Of a stretch of DNA of 64,000 nucleotides, positions 29,101-38,699 are shown piece by piece. Each line of letters starts with the position of its first letter. The first letter of the stretch is position 1. The stretch spans positions 399,451-463,450 of the forward strand of contig JAQUNI010000001.1 in assembly GCA_028717685.1 (NCBI GenBank), in the 5' to 3' direction. The notes below the pieces were generated by a model that was not told the DNA's origin, ran no database searches, and saw only the letters and a program-made list of their open reading frames with translations. A program made the position numbers and the translations under genes. The stretch comes from Patescibacteria group bacterium. GTDB taxonomy: Bacteria; Patescibacteriota; JAQUNI01.

Positions 29101-29174
29101 AAGTCAAAGGTTAAAAGTAATATAAAAGACTTTTAACTTTTGAGTCGCAGTTTTACCTTTTGCCTTTTAACTTT
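29088..29174. repeat. AT-rich palindromic element, family F copy
   Basis: AAAGCGCAAAAGTCAAAGGTTAAAAG ... CTTTTAACTTTTGAGTCGCAGTTTTACCTTTTGCC. Confidence 0.65.
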
Positions 29175-30755
29175 TTATTTTCGATGATTCCGAAAAATCA
29201 GGCTTTCTTCCGTCATCTCTTGAGGCTTTTTAAAACCCAAATAGTCCAAAATTGTCGGCGCAATGTTAGCTAGTTTCCCTCTCTTTTTAAGCCTCATCTT
29301 CTTGCCTCTGCCAAAATCAGCCAAAATCAAAGGCACGGGGTTGGAGGTGTGAGTTGTTAAAATACTGCCTGTTTTGAGATTAATCATTTCTTCCACATTG
29401 CCATGATCGGCGGTAATCAGCATTGTGCCTTTCATTTTTTTCACTATGCTTGCCAGCCTCAACAATTCCCGGTCCAGAAACTCCAAAGCGAAGATCGCCG
29501 CTTTCAGATTTCCTGTGTGCCCTAACATATCAGGGTTCGCATAGTTTAAGACCACGAAATTCGCGAGCATACCCTTTAAAGACGCGAGCACCTTATCCGT
29601 TACCTCTCGGGCTTTCATTTCCGGCTGCTCTACGTAACTTTTTACCCGCAAGGAGGGGATCCTCACTCGCTCTTCCCGATCCACGGGCTTGGAAAAGCCT
29701 CCATTCAAAAAATAAGTGACATGGGGAAACTTTTCAGATTCGGCAATATAAAGCTGATGATAGTCTGAATTCTGGCCCACCACATTCGGCAGAGTTTTAT
29801 AAAACAGTCTCCCGGGGTAGGCAATTAAAGCGTCGTCTAAACCCGGGCCGAATTCCGTCATCGTCACAAAACATAAGCCCTTCAAGACCTTTTTGCGCTT
29901 AAATCCTCTGAAACCTTCCTTAATAAACGCCTCGGTAATCTGTTTAGCGCGGTCTGTTCTTAAATTAAAAAATATGACACCGTCATCGTCCTCAATTAAA
30001 ACAGGCGGCGAGTCTGTAACCACAGTAGGGGGTATAAACTCATCCGTGATTCCTTGAGTGTAATAGTTTTGCACCATCTGCAAAACATTGCTTGTTTTTT
30101 CTCCAATACCCAGGGTTAAATTGTCATAAACCATCTCCACTCTTTCCCAATCGCGAATGCGATCCATCGCATAATAACGACCGGCAATACTGACAATTTT
30201 GCCTATTCCCATCCTTATCATCCGCGCCTCTAAATTCCTTAGGTATTCCAGAGCGGAGATAGGGGGCGCATCGCGTCCGTCCGTAAATAAATGAAGATAA
30301 ACCTGGCGCAAACCTTCTTTTTTTACCAAGTCCAGAAAAGCATAAAGATGGCGCTGGTCCGCGTGGGCGCTCTGCGCTCCCGTCAAAAGACCAAATAAAT
30401 GCAACCGGCTATTCTTGGCTTTAACATAACGAATGGCTTGGAGGAAAGCTGGGTTTTTAAAAAAAGTGCCGTTCGCGATAGAATCATTGACGACCACTGA
30501 ATCTTGCTTCACGATCCGCCCCGCACCTATATTCGTATGCCCCGCTTCAGAATTGCCAACCTGCCCCTTGGGAAGACCCACGGCGAGACCAGAGGCGCTA
30601 AGAATAGCGCGCGGATACACGGCCCACAAATGATTGAAGTAAGGAATCCGGGCTTGCCGCACAGCATTGCCTTTTTGGTTCCGAGATAAACCCCAACCAT
30701 CTAAAATCACTAAAACAAATGGCCGCAGAGCAGGAGACATTTTATCCTTACCCAT
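29175..30755 (-). CDS. gpmI: 2,3-bisphosphoglycerate-independent phosphoglycerate mutase
   Basis: The N-terminus (VLVILDGWG) and later blocks are conserved for iPGM. 526 aa. Confidence 0.9.
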   Translation of the reverse strand: MGKDKMSPALRPFVLVILDGWGLSRNQKGNAVRQARIPYFNHLWAVYPRAILSASGLAVGLPKGQVGNSEAGHTNIGAGRIVKQDSVVVNDSIANGTFFKNPAFLQAIRYVKAKNSRLHLFGLLTGAQSAHADQRHLYAFLDLVKKEGLRQVYLHLFTDGRDAPPISALEYLRNLEARMIRMGIGKIVSIAGRYYAMDRIRDWERVEMVYDNLTLGIGEKTSNVLQMVQNYYTQGITDEFIPPTVVTDSPPVLIEDDDGVIFFNLRTDRAKQITEAFIKEGFRGFKRKKVLKGLCFVTMTEFGPGLDDALIAYPGRLFYKTLPNVVGQNSDYHQLYIAESEKFPHVTYFLNGGFSKPVDREERVRIPSLRVKSYVEQPEMKAREVTDKVLASLKGMLANFVVLNYANPDMLGHTGNLKAAIFALEFLDRELLRLASIVKKMKGTMLITADHGNVEEMINLKTGSILTTHTSNPVPLILADFGRGKKMRLKKRGKLANIAPTILDYLGFKKPQEMTEESLIFRNHRK

Positions 30756-30877
30756 AAAATATTTTCCTTAGCATATTAGGTCATTTAAATTATATCACAA
30801 ATTTCCTTGTTTTCAAAAATTAAAATGTGTTATAATAAAAAAAGATTGCGGTTGTCCATTAAATTCTAAAAAAATAA

Positions 30878-32284
30878 ATGCACAAAAATCAAAAAGGGGA
30901 AACCTCTTTCGCAATTTATTTGATTAACGGAGCAGTCGCTTCCTTAATTGCCGTGGTCGCTTATTTTAACGGACCGGATCTGCCTGTAATCGTAGGCTAT
31001 TTTGTTCTTATCGCTCTGACTAGCCTTTTCTACAACTATAAAGTATGCCTTACGACTGCCGCCTGCAGCATGTTAAGTTACGGTTTGATTATCGGCTATT
31101 TTATTCAAAAACAAATCATTCCTTTTTCAATCTCTGAACTCTTGATCCAACTCACCTATTTTTTGTCGGTCACGGCGATTGTTTCCTGGTTAGTCTTTAA
31201 ACTGCAAAGAGCCATGCCCAGCAGCGCCCCTTCATTTGAGGCGCAGGACAAAACGCGCACTCTCCTTAATAGCCTCCCTGACGGCGCTATTCTCTTAAAT
31301 CACAAAAAGCAAATTATTTTAGTCAACCATCAGGCAGAAAAAATCTTAGGGATTAAAGAAAATAAGATATTAAGCACTAAAAACATTGGGAGCTTTACCC
31401 ATCCCTCTTACCAGAATCTTTATAAAATATTAACCCTAGGCAAGGAATCAGGTTCTTTTTCGCAGGAGGAAATAACCCTGGAGAAGCCGCGCAAAATGGT
31501 TTTACAAGTTATGACCGCGCCTATTGAGCAAGACAAAAAACAACTCGGGTTACTAAAAATGATTCGCGATATTACCCATGAGAAAGAGGTGGATACAATG
31601 AAATCAGAATTAATCTCCATTGTTTCTCACCAATTGCGCACCCCCCTCTCCGCCGTAAAATGGGGGATTAAAATGCTGCTGGACGGAGACGCGGGAGAGG
31701 TAAGCAAAGAGCAAAAAGATATTCTCGCCAAAGGATATCGCTCCAATGAACGGATGATTCATCTCGTGAACGACCTCTTAAATATATCCCGCATTGAAGA
31801 AGGGCGATTTCAATATAAATTCGCCGCGAGCTCTATTGAAAATCTGGTAGATACCACAATCAAAGAATTTTCGTATTTTTTAGAAGAGAAACAAATTTCC
31901 CTAAAATGCCAAAAGGGTGAAAAACCCGCGCCTCCTGTCTGGATGGATCTAACGAAGATCCATGTAGTTTTGCAGAATCTACTAAGCAACGCCATCAATT
32001 ATACTCCTAATGGAGGAGAAATCATAATTAATCTCAAGGTGCAAGATCCATTCATTGAGGTCAGTATCAAGGATAATGGCATGGGCATCCCAGAAGACCA
32101 AAAATCATCTCTTTTCCAAAGATTCTTTCGCGCCGACAACGCGATCCGGACGCAAACAGAAGGTTCCGGACTAGGGCTCTTTATTGCCCGAAACATCATT
32201 GAAAACCATAAAGGCCGCATCTGGGCGGAAAGTGAAGAAAATAAAGGTTCAACTTTTTATTTCACCCTTCCTATCACAAAATAA
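30878..32284 (+). CDS. sensor histidine kinase (TM region, PAS-like, HisKA, HATPase_c)
   Basis: H-box SHQLRTPLSAV, plus N, G1 (DNGMGI) and G2 (GSGLGL) boxes. Confidence 0.85.
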   Translation: MHKNQKGETSFAIYLINGAVASLIAVVAYFNGPDLPVIVGYFVLIALTSLFYNYKVCLTTAACSMLSYGLIIGYFIQKQIIPFSISELLIQLTYFLSVTAIVSWLVFKLQRAMPSSAPSFEAQDKTRTLLNSLPDGAILLNHKKQIILVNHQAEKILGIKENKILSTKNIGSFTHPSYQNLYKILTLGKESGSFSQEEITLEKPRKMVLQVMTAPIEQDKKQLGLLKMIRDITHEKEVDTMKSELISIVSHQLRTPLSAVKWGIKMLLDGDAGEVSKEQKDILAKGYRSNERMIHLVNDLLNISRIEEGRFQYKFAASSIENLVDTTIKEFSYFLEEKQISLKCQKGEKPAPPVWMDLTKIHVVLQNLLSNAINYTPNGGEIIINLKVQDPFIEVSIKDNGMGIPEDQKSSLFQRFFRADNAIRTQTEGSGLGLFIARNIIENHKGRIWAESEENKGSTFYFTLPITK

Positions 32285-32416
32285 TTCCATGATTTTTGCA
32301 GTAGGGATAGGTTTTGAACCTGCCTGACGGTAGGCAGGCCTGCCTCTACAATCAGATATATATTTATTATTTACCCCATTAGAAATAAATTTCTAACGGG
32401 GTCTAAAGAACAAAAT

Positions 32417-33244
32417 ATGCCATATGATGATCGCAGCGTAAAAACAAAAAAAATAATGATTATTGAGGACGAGAAAGCCCTTTTATCCCTGATGGAAAAA
32501 AAATTAAGCAAAGGAGGGTATATACCCATTACCGCTCCCACGGGCACAGAGGGTTTAAAAAAAATCAGGGAATATAAACCAGATTTAATTCTTCTGGATA
32601 TTGTTATTCCGGATAAAAATGGATACGAGGTTCTAGAAGAAATACATAATGACCCTTTCCTCAATCAAATCCCGGTGATTATTATTTCCAACTCGGAACC
32701 TGATGAGAAAAAAATATTCGCTCTCGGGGCGCGCGACTATTTAGTCAAAGCTGATCTCACTCCCGAAGACATTCTTAAAAAAATAGAAACTTATTTCAAT
32801 AAAGAGGAAAGCCCAAAACCCGTCTCCGCTGCGCAAAAAGGCGAAGGAGAAGCGTGTAAAATCGTCCTTATTGAAGATGACGCAATCTTAAGGGATTTAT
32901 GCCTGATTAAACTGCAAAAAGAAAATTTCACGGTCATTACGGCTATTGAGGGGCAGGAGGGTTTGCATAAAATTGAAGAGGAAAAACCCGATGTCGTCCT
33001 TCTGGATATTATCTTACCGGGTATGGATGGCTTTGAAGTCCTCAAAAGGATGCGCGCTTTACAAAATAAAGCGGTGGCGAAAACACCAGTAATCCTCTTA
33101 ACCAATTTAGGGCAGGAAAATGACATCAAAAAGGGGGAAGCCTTAGGCGCAGAGGATTATATTATTAAAGCAAACTCTACGACAGAAGAAATTATTGATA
33201 AAGTCAGAAAGGTGATTCAAAAGTCAGAAAAAGGAAAAAAATAG
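32417..33244 (+). CDS. response regulator with two tandem receiver (REC) domains and no output domain
   Basis: Two copies of the D-D...D...K receiver pattern (ILLDIVIPDKNGYEVL; VLLDIILPGMDGFEVL). Confidence 0.85.
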   Translation: MPYDDRSVKTKKIMIIEDEKALLSLMEKKLSKGGYIPITAPTGTEGLKKIREYKPDLILLDIVIPDKNGYEVLEEIHNDPFLNQIPVIIISNSEPDEKKIFALGARDYLVKADLTPEDILKKIETYFNKEESPKPVSAAQKGEGEACKIVLIEDDAILRDLCLIKLQKENFTVITAIEGQEGLHKIEEEKPDVVLLDIILPGMDGFEVLKRMRALQNKAVAKTPVILLTNLGQENDIKKGEALGAEDYIIKANSTTEEIIDKVRKVIQKSEKGKK

Positions 33245-33263
33245 ATATTCTGTGGGATTATAA

Positions 33264-33299
33264 CAAAAACCCCTCTGAAAAACAGAGGTGGTTTTTGTG
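33264..33299. terminator. bidirectional intrinsic terminator
   Basis: AAAAAC-CCCTCTG-AAAAA-CAGAGGTGG-TTTTTGTG. It serves the plus-strand response regulator and the minus-strand tRNA-Gly/element transcript. Confidence 0.7.
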
Positions 33300-33318
33300 A
33301 TATACAGTTTTTCGGATT

Positions 33319-33388
33319 GGAGCGGGTGAAGGGAGTCGTCCTGTCATACGACAGGACGCCCCGTCGAATGACGGGGCGAACCCATACC
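33319..33388 (-). ncRNA. unidentified tandem-hairpin RNA element (paralog 1) between tRNA-Gly and terminator
   Basis: Two abutting perfect 7-9-bp hairpins (CGCCCCGTC-ATTC-GACGGGGCG; TCCTGTC-GTAT-GACAGGA), flanked by GGGTTC ... CACCCGCTCC. A paralog sits downstream of tRNA-Pro (34348-34414). Its identity is unknown. Confidence 0.4.
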
Positions 33389-33413
33389 TAGCGGGTCCGC
33401 CGTACGAATTTTG

Positions 33414-33484
33414 AGCGGGATACCAGATTCGAACTGGCTTCTCCACCTTGGAAGGGTGGCATACTACCATTGTACTAATCCCGC
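33414..33484 (-). tRNA. tRNA-Gly (anticodon UCC)
   Basis: Minus-strand cloverleaf GCGGGAT-TA-GTAC-AATGGTA-GTAT-G-CCACC-CTTCCAA-GGTGG-AGAA-GCCAG-TTCGAAT-CTGGT-ATCCCGC-T. Confidence 0.85.
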
Positions 33485-33589
33485 ACTTCGCAAGCCCTGG
33501 GCTTGCTCAGTGTAAACTCTTTTGCAAAAAATTGAAAATGAAAAATGCAAAACTACAGTTAAGAAATTGTATTTTTTCGTGCTGTCTTT

Positions 33590-34315
33590 TTAAGTTCTAA
33601 ACATATTTTTAATAAATTCAACTTCGTCGCGTGAGAATTGAAGATTCTTTGGTCGGATATCTCCCTCAATAACAATCGGGCATTTTAAGGAAAATATGGG
33701 CTCTATAGAGGACAAAAAATTTTTAGTGACAATCCTAATGGACTGGTGGTCGCGCTTTCTGTAGGTGCCGCTAAAGTGAATTTGCGAGATTCTATTTTTG
33801 AAGGCATTAACCAGCTTGCCGGTTTCATCCTTGGACCAAAGATAAGCGTGGGCGACATCAAGGCAAAGATTAACTTTGGGATATTTTTTAAAAATTTTTC
33901 GGAAGTCAGCAATGGTGATATTTTTCTTTTTAGCTAAGTTTTCAGTGGACACTTTGAACGGAAACATATTTAAGATGCGGGGCGCGGGCAAATCTTGAGG
34001 ATGGATAATCACGTTTTTGGCGTTAATTCTAGTATATAGTGCGGAAATAATTTTTAATTGCCTAATTACTTCCTGTTCATTATCCGCATCGCGGCTCAAA
34101 TGAAAAGGGGCGTGAATAGTCACATAATTCAACTTTGTGAGCCACTTCTCGTTGGCGGCAGAGAACTTTGAGGCATACAACTCTTCTTTAGAGGAAAAAG
34201 TAATCTCAATACCATCAACTTTAAGATTCTTCATATATGACAATAAGCCATTGCGATCTTTAGAATCCTTCCAGCTCCAAAAATTGCCTGACGCGAAACT
34301 AATTATTCTGGACAT
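33590..34315 (-). CDS. sugar phosphate isomerase/epimerase-like TIM-barrel protein (xylose isomerase-like fold)
   Basis: Pattern GIEI...IHAP...E......IIHP...DVAHAYLW typical of the AP-endonuclease-2/xylose-isomerase-like TIM family. No obvious SD, so the start is uncertain. Confidence 0.55.
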   Translation of the reverse strand: MSRIISFASGNFWSWKDSKDRNGLLSYMKNLKVDGIEITFSSKEELYASKFSAANEKWLTKLNYVTIHAPFHLSRDADNEQEVIRQLKIISALYTRINAKNVIIHPQDLPAPRILNMFPFKVSTENLAKKKNITIADFRKIFKKYPKVNLCLDVAHAYLWSKDETGKLVNAFKNRISQIHFSGTYRKRDHQSIRIVTKNFLSSIEPIFSLKCPIVIEGDIRPKNLQFSRDEVEFIKNMFRT

Positions 34316-34347
34316 AATTTTGAAAAAATGGTTTATCTAATCTTGCC

Positions 34348-34414
34348 GGAGCGGTGGGATTTGCCCTATCATTCGATGGGGCACCCTGTTGAATAACAGG
34401 GTGAACCCAAATAC
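34348..34414 (-). ncRNA. unidentified tandem-hairpin RNA element (paralog 2) downstream of tRNA-Pro
   Basis: CACCCTGTT-ATTC-AACAGGGTG and CCCCATC-GAAT-GATAGGG hairpins, with the same GGGTTC ... CCACCGCTCC flanks as 33319-33388. Confidence 0.4.
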
Positions 34415-34453
34415 AATTATTCCTTTCTTCAATAATAATGAGAACATCTTTTG

Positions 34454-34526
34454 TCGGGGATGTGAGATTTGAACTCACGACCTCCTGCTCCCAAAGCAGG
34501 CGCGCTAGCCACTACGCTAATCCCCG
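34454..34526 (-). tRNA. tRNA-Pro (anticodon UGG)
   Basis: Minus-strand cloverleaf CGGGGAT-TA-GCGT-AGTGGCTA-GCGC-G-CCTGC-TTTGGGA-GCAGG-AGGTC-GTGAG-TTCAAAT-CTCAC-ATCCCCG-A. Position 37 is G. Confidence 0.85.
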
Positions 34527-34627
34527 AACACTGTTAATTTACCAAATTTTACCCCTTCCCGTCAAACTATAATAAAACCTCATCAGTAAAATACCAGGAT
34601 GAGGTTTTATTATAGATAAGATAATCT

Positions 34628-34909
34628 CTACTGCTTCTTCACAGCATCCTTCAGGCTCTTACCCGCCTTGAATTTCGGAACGGTCACAGCCGGAATGGAA
34701 ATTTTCTCTGTTGGTCTCTGGGGATTCACGCCCGTTCTCGCTTTGCGATGAGACACTTTGAAAGTGCCGAAACCGGTCATAGTAACTTCTCCGCCGTCCG
34801 CCAAAGTCTTCGTTACAATCTCCTCAAAAGCCTCCATCATTTCTTGCACTCGCGCTTTCGGAATTTCGGTTTTGGCCGCCATTTTTTCCACGAGTTCTTG
34901 TTTTTTCAT
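34628..34909 (-). CDS. hup: DNA-binding protein HU
   Basis: 93 aa with the characteristic GFGTF/GFGNF arm (MTGFGTFKVSHRKARTGVNPQ). Confidence 0.9.
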   Translation of the reverse strand: MKKQELVEKMAAKTEIPKARVQEMMEAFEEIVTKTLADGGEVTMTGFGTFKVSHRKARTGVNPQRPTEKISIPAVTVPKFKAGKSLKDAVKKQ

Positions 34910-34987
34910 TTTTTTTAATGCCCCAAAGTTTAACTTCGGGGTGGTTAATATTCTTCAATGAGCCTCTTATGGCTTATTATAGCATAA

Positions 34988-35015
34988 ACTATACACAAGG
35001 CAAATATTCTGTCAA
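34988..35015 (-). promoter_or_regulatory. sigma70-type promoter for hup (TTGACA-16-TGnTATAGT)
   Basis: The minus strand reads ...GGCTTGACAGAATATTTGCCTTGTGTATAGTTT. Confidence 0.6.
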
Positions 35016-35190
35016 GCCTTAATAGGGAAGAAACGAAATATGGGGGGTAAAATCATACGATTTCAGAATCAAACAGAGTATTTTTTATTTTTTGTTTCTT
35101 ATTCATATATTTATGAAACTTCCATAAATATTCCTCCCCTTTGGAAAGCGGGAGGCTTAGGAGGGGTTCTGAAAGTTTATCAAGTTTATC

Positions 35191-35226
35191 TCCCACCCCC
35201 TCCACCTCCCCCTCAGGCAGGGGGAG
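35191..35226 (+). repeat. GC-rich dispersed repeat, family R copy
   Basis: TCCCACCCCCTCCACCTCCCCCTCAGGCAGGGGGAG. Confidence 0.8.
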
Positions 35227-35278
35227 TGAGTTTCGAATTCAAGGTATATTCTTAAAATAAGAAATAATTAAAAGCATC

Positions 35279-36070
35279 TCACATCTTCACTACTCTTTGA
35301 ATCCGCTCAATTCTGCCTGACCGTCCGGTTTTACTGTCAATTTCGCAAATAATCGCATTCACCGATACATCTCCCTCCGCGACCTCAAAACAAACAGGCA
35401 TTTGAGTGAGGAAATTAGCAATTACTAAATCCTTATCCACACCGATCACGGAATCGCGCGCGCCCACCATGCCAATATCGGTAATGTAGGCTGTGCCCTT
35501 GGGAAGAATGCGCTCATCCGCCGTCTGAATGTGGGTATGCGTACCCGCGACAAGAGACACCCTACCGTCCAGATACCAACCCAAAGCCATTGCTTCGCTT
35601 GTCGCTTCCGCGTGAAAATCCACTAGAATGATTTTGATTTTTTTTTCTTTCAATTCCTCTAAAATTTCATCCGCGCAACGGAAGGGGCAATCAAAATCTT
35701 CATTAAAAAAAACACGTCCCACCAGATTCACGACGGCAATCTTTTTGGTTCCAATTTCCATTATCTTGAAACCTCGCCCCGGCGCGCCCGGGGGATAATT
35801 GGCGGGCCTTAAAAGATCACTGTCTTTTTCGATTAAAATCTCGTGAGCCTGCTTTTGACTAAAAACGTGGTTTCCGGAAGTAAAAATCTCTATCCCAGAT
35901 TCGCGCAAAACACTTAAAGTTGCCCGCGTAACCCCTTTGCCGTGGGCTAAATTTTCACAATTAGCTAAAATTAAATCAGGCTCATAAGCCTTCTTTAGTT
36001 CAGGTAAAATTTTTTTGACTGCCAGGCGACCCGGACGACCGACAATATCGCCAAAAAAAAGAATGGTCAT
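35279..36070 (-). CDS. ymdB: YmdB-family metallophosphoesterase (TIGR00282)
   Basis: MTILFFGDIVGRPGR...ANCENLAHGKG...GNHVF. Positioned directly after rny. Confidence 0.85.
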   Translation of the reverse strand: MTILFFGDIVGRPGRLAVKKILPELKKAYEPDLILANCENLAHGKGVTRATLSVLRESGIEIFTSGNHVFSQKQAHEILIEKDSDLLRPANYPPGAPGRGFKIMEIGTKKIAVVNLVGRVFFNEDFDCPFRCADEILEELKEKKIKIILVDFHAEATSEAMALGWYLDGRVSLVAGTHTHIQTADERILPKGTAYITDIGMVGARDSVIGVDKDLVIANFLTQMPVCFEVAEGDVSVNAIICEIDSKTGRSGRIERIQRVVKM

Positions 36071-36135
36071 GAATAATAGTAATCAGTAATTAGTAATCGG
36101 TAATTGGTAATTAGTAATTGGTAACTTATAACTAA
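36066..36135. repeat. AT-rich palindromic element, family C copy
   Basis: AGTAATCAGTAATTAGTAATCGGTAATTGGTAATTAGTAATTGGTAAC. Confidence 0.65.
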
Positions 36136-36177
36136 TTAATCTAAATCACCATTTCCAATTATGAGCCGCGAGTTACC

Positions 36178-37698
36178 CTACCTTGCGTACTCCACCGACC
36201 TTGTCTCACGGATCACCGAGACCTTAATTTCTCCCGGATACTTTAACTCTTCTTCAATTTTAGCCGCAATCTCGTGAGACAATTTGACCGCTGCCAGGTC
36301 ATCAATCTTCTCCGGCGTCACGAAGACACGGATTTCGCGTCCGGCTTGGATGGCATAGCTCTTCTCCACTCCTTCAAAACTATTCGCTACCGCCTCCAAG
36401 TCTTCCAAACGATTTAAATAGTCTTCATAAGTATCCTTCCGCGCGCCCACCCGCGCTCCTGAAATGGCGTCCGCGGTCGTGACGATTAAAGCCTCGGAAG
36501 AACTATGGGGCACATCTTCATGATGCGACTCCATAGCCTGAATAATCTTCTCATCAATACTAAACTTTTTTAAAATACTCTTACCAATTTCAATATGCGT
36601 GCCTTTAATTTCGTGATCCACTGCCTTGCCAATATCATGTAAAAGTCCGGCTTTCTTCGCGAGAGCTGAATCCATTCCCAATTCTTCCGCTAAAAGACGA
36701 GCAAGGTGCGAAACCTCTAGAGAATGCTGCAACACATTTTGACCATAGCTAGTCCTGTATTTTAAACGACCTAAAAGCTGAACTAATTGCGGGGGCAAAC
36801 CCGCCACCCCCGCGTCATAACAGGCTGTTTCGCCCGCTTCCTTCATATCTTGGGCAATCTCTTTCTTGGCTTCCACGATTGTTTCCTCAATCCGAGCCGG
36901 GTGGATGCGACCATCAGCAATTAACTTTTCCAGAGTGCGCTTGGCGACCTGACGGCGAATCGGCGAAAAGCCGGAAATTACAATCGTTTCGGGCGTATCG
37001 TCAACAATAATCTCCACACCAATCAATTTCTCAATAGTATTAATATTGCGACCTTCGCGTCCAATAATCCGCCCTTTCATGTCGTCAGAGGGCAAGGAAA
37101 GAGTGGTAGATGTGGATTCTGCCGCGTGCGAAGAAGCGCACCTCTGAATCGCCAAAGACAAGATTTCTTTTGCCTTGCGACTGACCTCTTCCTGCTCTGT
37201 TTGTTCCAATTTTTTGATTCTTTGAAGCAATCGCTCTTTCATTCCTTCCTCTGTCATCTCCAAGAGCACATTTTTAGCTTCTTCCAGCGACAAATTCGCC
37301 ACTTTCTCTAATGTAGCCAGCTGTTTTCGCTTGAGCTGAATGATTTCCCGTTTCGCCTCCCGAATTTGATTTCTTTCTTTTTCTAAATATCTTTGATTTT
37401 TATCTAAATTGCCCAGCCTTTGGTCTAAAAGCTCCTCCCTTTGCACAAGCCTCCGCTCCAAGACCAAAATACTCTGCCTGCGTTCTTTATCTTCGCGTTT
37501 GGTCTCTTCCGTGTATTTGAAGGCTTGATCTTTAGCGGCTAAAAGGATCTCCTTAGCCTTTGTTTTAGCTTCTTCTAGCGCCTTTTGAGAACGCGCTTCG
37601 CTGGAATCCTGACGTCTTTGCGCTAAAACTTTGCGCAAAAAGTAACCCCCCGCTAAGCCCAAAATAGCGGCGAGAGGGAAAATGATAATATTGAACAT
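36178..37698 (-). CDS. rny: ribonuclease Y
   Basis: N-terminal TM helix, coiled coil, KH domain (GRIIGREGRNINTIEKLIG) and HD domain (HSLEVSHLARLLA...LLHDIGK). The start was chosen at MFNIIIFPL. Confidence 0.9.
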   Translation of the reverse strand: MFNIIIFPLAAILGLAGGYFLRKVLAQRRQDSSEARSQKALEEAKTKAKEILLAAKDQAFKYTEETKREDKERRQSILVLERRLVQREELLDQRLGNLDKNQRYLEKERNQIREAKREIIQLKRKQLATLEKVANLSLEEAKNVLLEMTEEGMKERLLQRIKKLEQTEQEEVSRKAKEILSLAIQRCASSHAAESTSTTLSLPSDDMKGRIIGREGRNINTIEKLIGVEIIVDDTPETIVISGFSPIRRQVAKRTLEKLIADGRIHPARIEETIVEAKKEIAQDMKEAGETACYDAGVAGLPPQLVQLLGRLKYRTSYGQNVLQHSLEVSHLARLLAEELGMDSALAKKAGLLHDIGKAVDHEIKGTHIEIGKSILKKFSIDEKIIQAMESHHEDVPHSSSEALIVTTADAISGARVGARKDTYEDYLNRLEDLEAVANSFEGVEKSYAIQAGREIRVFVTPEKIDDLAAVKLSHEIAAKIEEELKYPGEIKVSVIRETRSVEYAR

Positions 37699-37838
37699 TG
37701 TTTTTAGACATTGATAATCGGGAAACAGCTTGAAATAAATTTGGTATTCACTTTTAAATTGATGCAAAGGGGATTAATTTCAACGCTATTTTCATTATCA
37801 TATTATTATCTTAGATAAGTTTAAGTTTAACACGGATT

Positions 37839-37874
37839 TTGCCTCAAGGCAAATTTCGTTTTGCCTCAAGGCAA
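37839..37874 (+). promoter_or_regulatory. two tandem 14-bp palindromes TTGCCTCAAGGCAA (operator-like) just upstream of the rpmF promoter -35
   Basis: Identical palindromes at 37839-37852 and 37861-37874, centre-to-centre 22 bp. TTGACA follows at 37878-37883 and TAAGAT at 37901-37906. Confidence 0.45.
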
Positions 37875-37992
37875 ATTTTGACAAAGCGGAATAATTCAGG
37901 TAAGATAAAGGCATAAAAATCCTAAAATTTGAAACATGAAAGATGAAACATAATTAAAATGCTTCAAATTTCATGATTTATGTCACACGATT

Positions 37993-38238
37993 ATGGCTTT
38001 ACCCAAGAAAAAAATGAGCAGAGCGCGGAGACACAAACGCCGCGGCCAGCAAAAAATTAACCCCACCCTTCTCATTCTATGCGGTAAATGCCGCAAAATG
38101 ATCCTACCCCATAGGGTTTGCCAATATTGCGGCACCTATAAAGGAAGGCTTATTATAGATTTAGAAGCAAAAGCCAAAAAGAAAAAAAAAGAAGCAAAAA
38201 GAAAAAAACAAAACTTAAGAATAGAACTTTATGGCTAA
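37993..38238 (+). CDS. rpmF: 50S ribosomal protein L32 with Lys-rich C-terminal extension
   Basis: [17 protein letters not shown]...CGKC...[13 protein letters not shown], the L32 zinc-ribbon pattern, plus a [12 protein letters not shown] tail. Confidence 0.8.
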   Translation: MALPKKKMSRARRHKRRGQQKINPTLLILCGKCRKMILPHRVCQYCGTYKGRLIIDLEAKAKKKKKEAKRKKQNLRIELYG

Positions 38239-38671
38239 TCGACATCTCCTGCGCACAATTGCGATGCAATGCCTTTATGAATGGGATTTTTCGGGTCAGA
38301 ACCAGAAAAAAATCCAATTGATCATTCAACATAATACTAAAGAGTTCGCACCGGGCATCAGTGATTTTGATTTTGTCAAAAAGCTCGTGGCCGGGGTCAT
38401 TAAAAATCAAGAAAAGATTGACGCGCTTATTGAAAAACACGCGCCCGAATGGCCCCTGAATCAAATTACCACTGTAGACCGGAATATCCTGCGCCTCGGC
38501 ATTTTCGAGCTCAAATTTGACAACGATGTCCCGCCTAAGGTAGCAATTAATGAAGCGATTGAGCTCGGCAAGGCTTACGGCGGACCCTCTTCGGGCAAGT
38601 TTATTAACGGAGTTTTAGGCACAATCTACCGCAAAATGATTGAAAAAGGGGACGTGAAAGAGGAAAAATAG
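38231..38671 (+). CDS. nusB: transcription antitermination factor NusB
   Basis: NusB fold motifs ([17 protein letters not shown]...[12 protein letters not shown]...[13 protein letters not shown]). Confidence 0.85.
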   Translation: MANRHLLRTIAMQCLYEWDFSGQNQKKIQLIIQHNTKEFAPGISDFDFVKKLVAGVIKNQEKIDALIEKHAPEWPLNQITTVDRNILRLGIFELKFDNDVPPKVAINEAIELGKAYGGPSSGKFINGVLGTIYRKMIEKGDVKEEK

Positions 38672-38699
38672 AATTTCTTCGTTGTTTTATCAAAATAAT

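Noticed and set aside
32296-32345. tRNA-like fragment (GGTTTTGAACC T-loop-like; CCTGCC/GGCAGG repeats) downstream of the histidine kinase
   Set aside because: No acceptor or D-arm partner could be built. It most likely forms a triple CCTGCC/GGCAGG hairpin cluster that acts as a terminator or structural element.
33258-33470. 70-aa minus-strand ORF
   Set aside because: It is entirely covered by tRNA-Gly and the tandem-hairpin RNA element, and its translation is meaningless.
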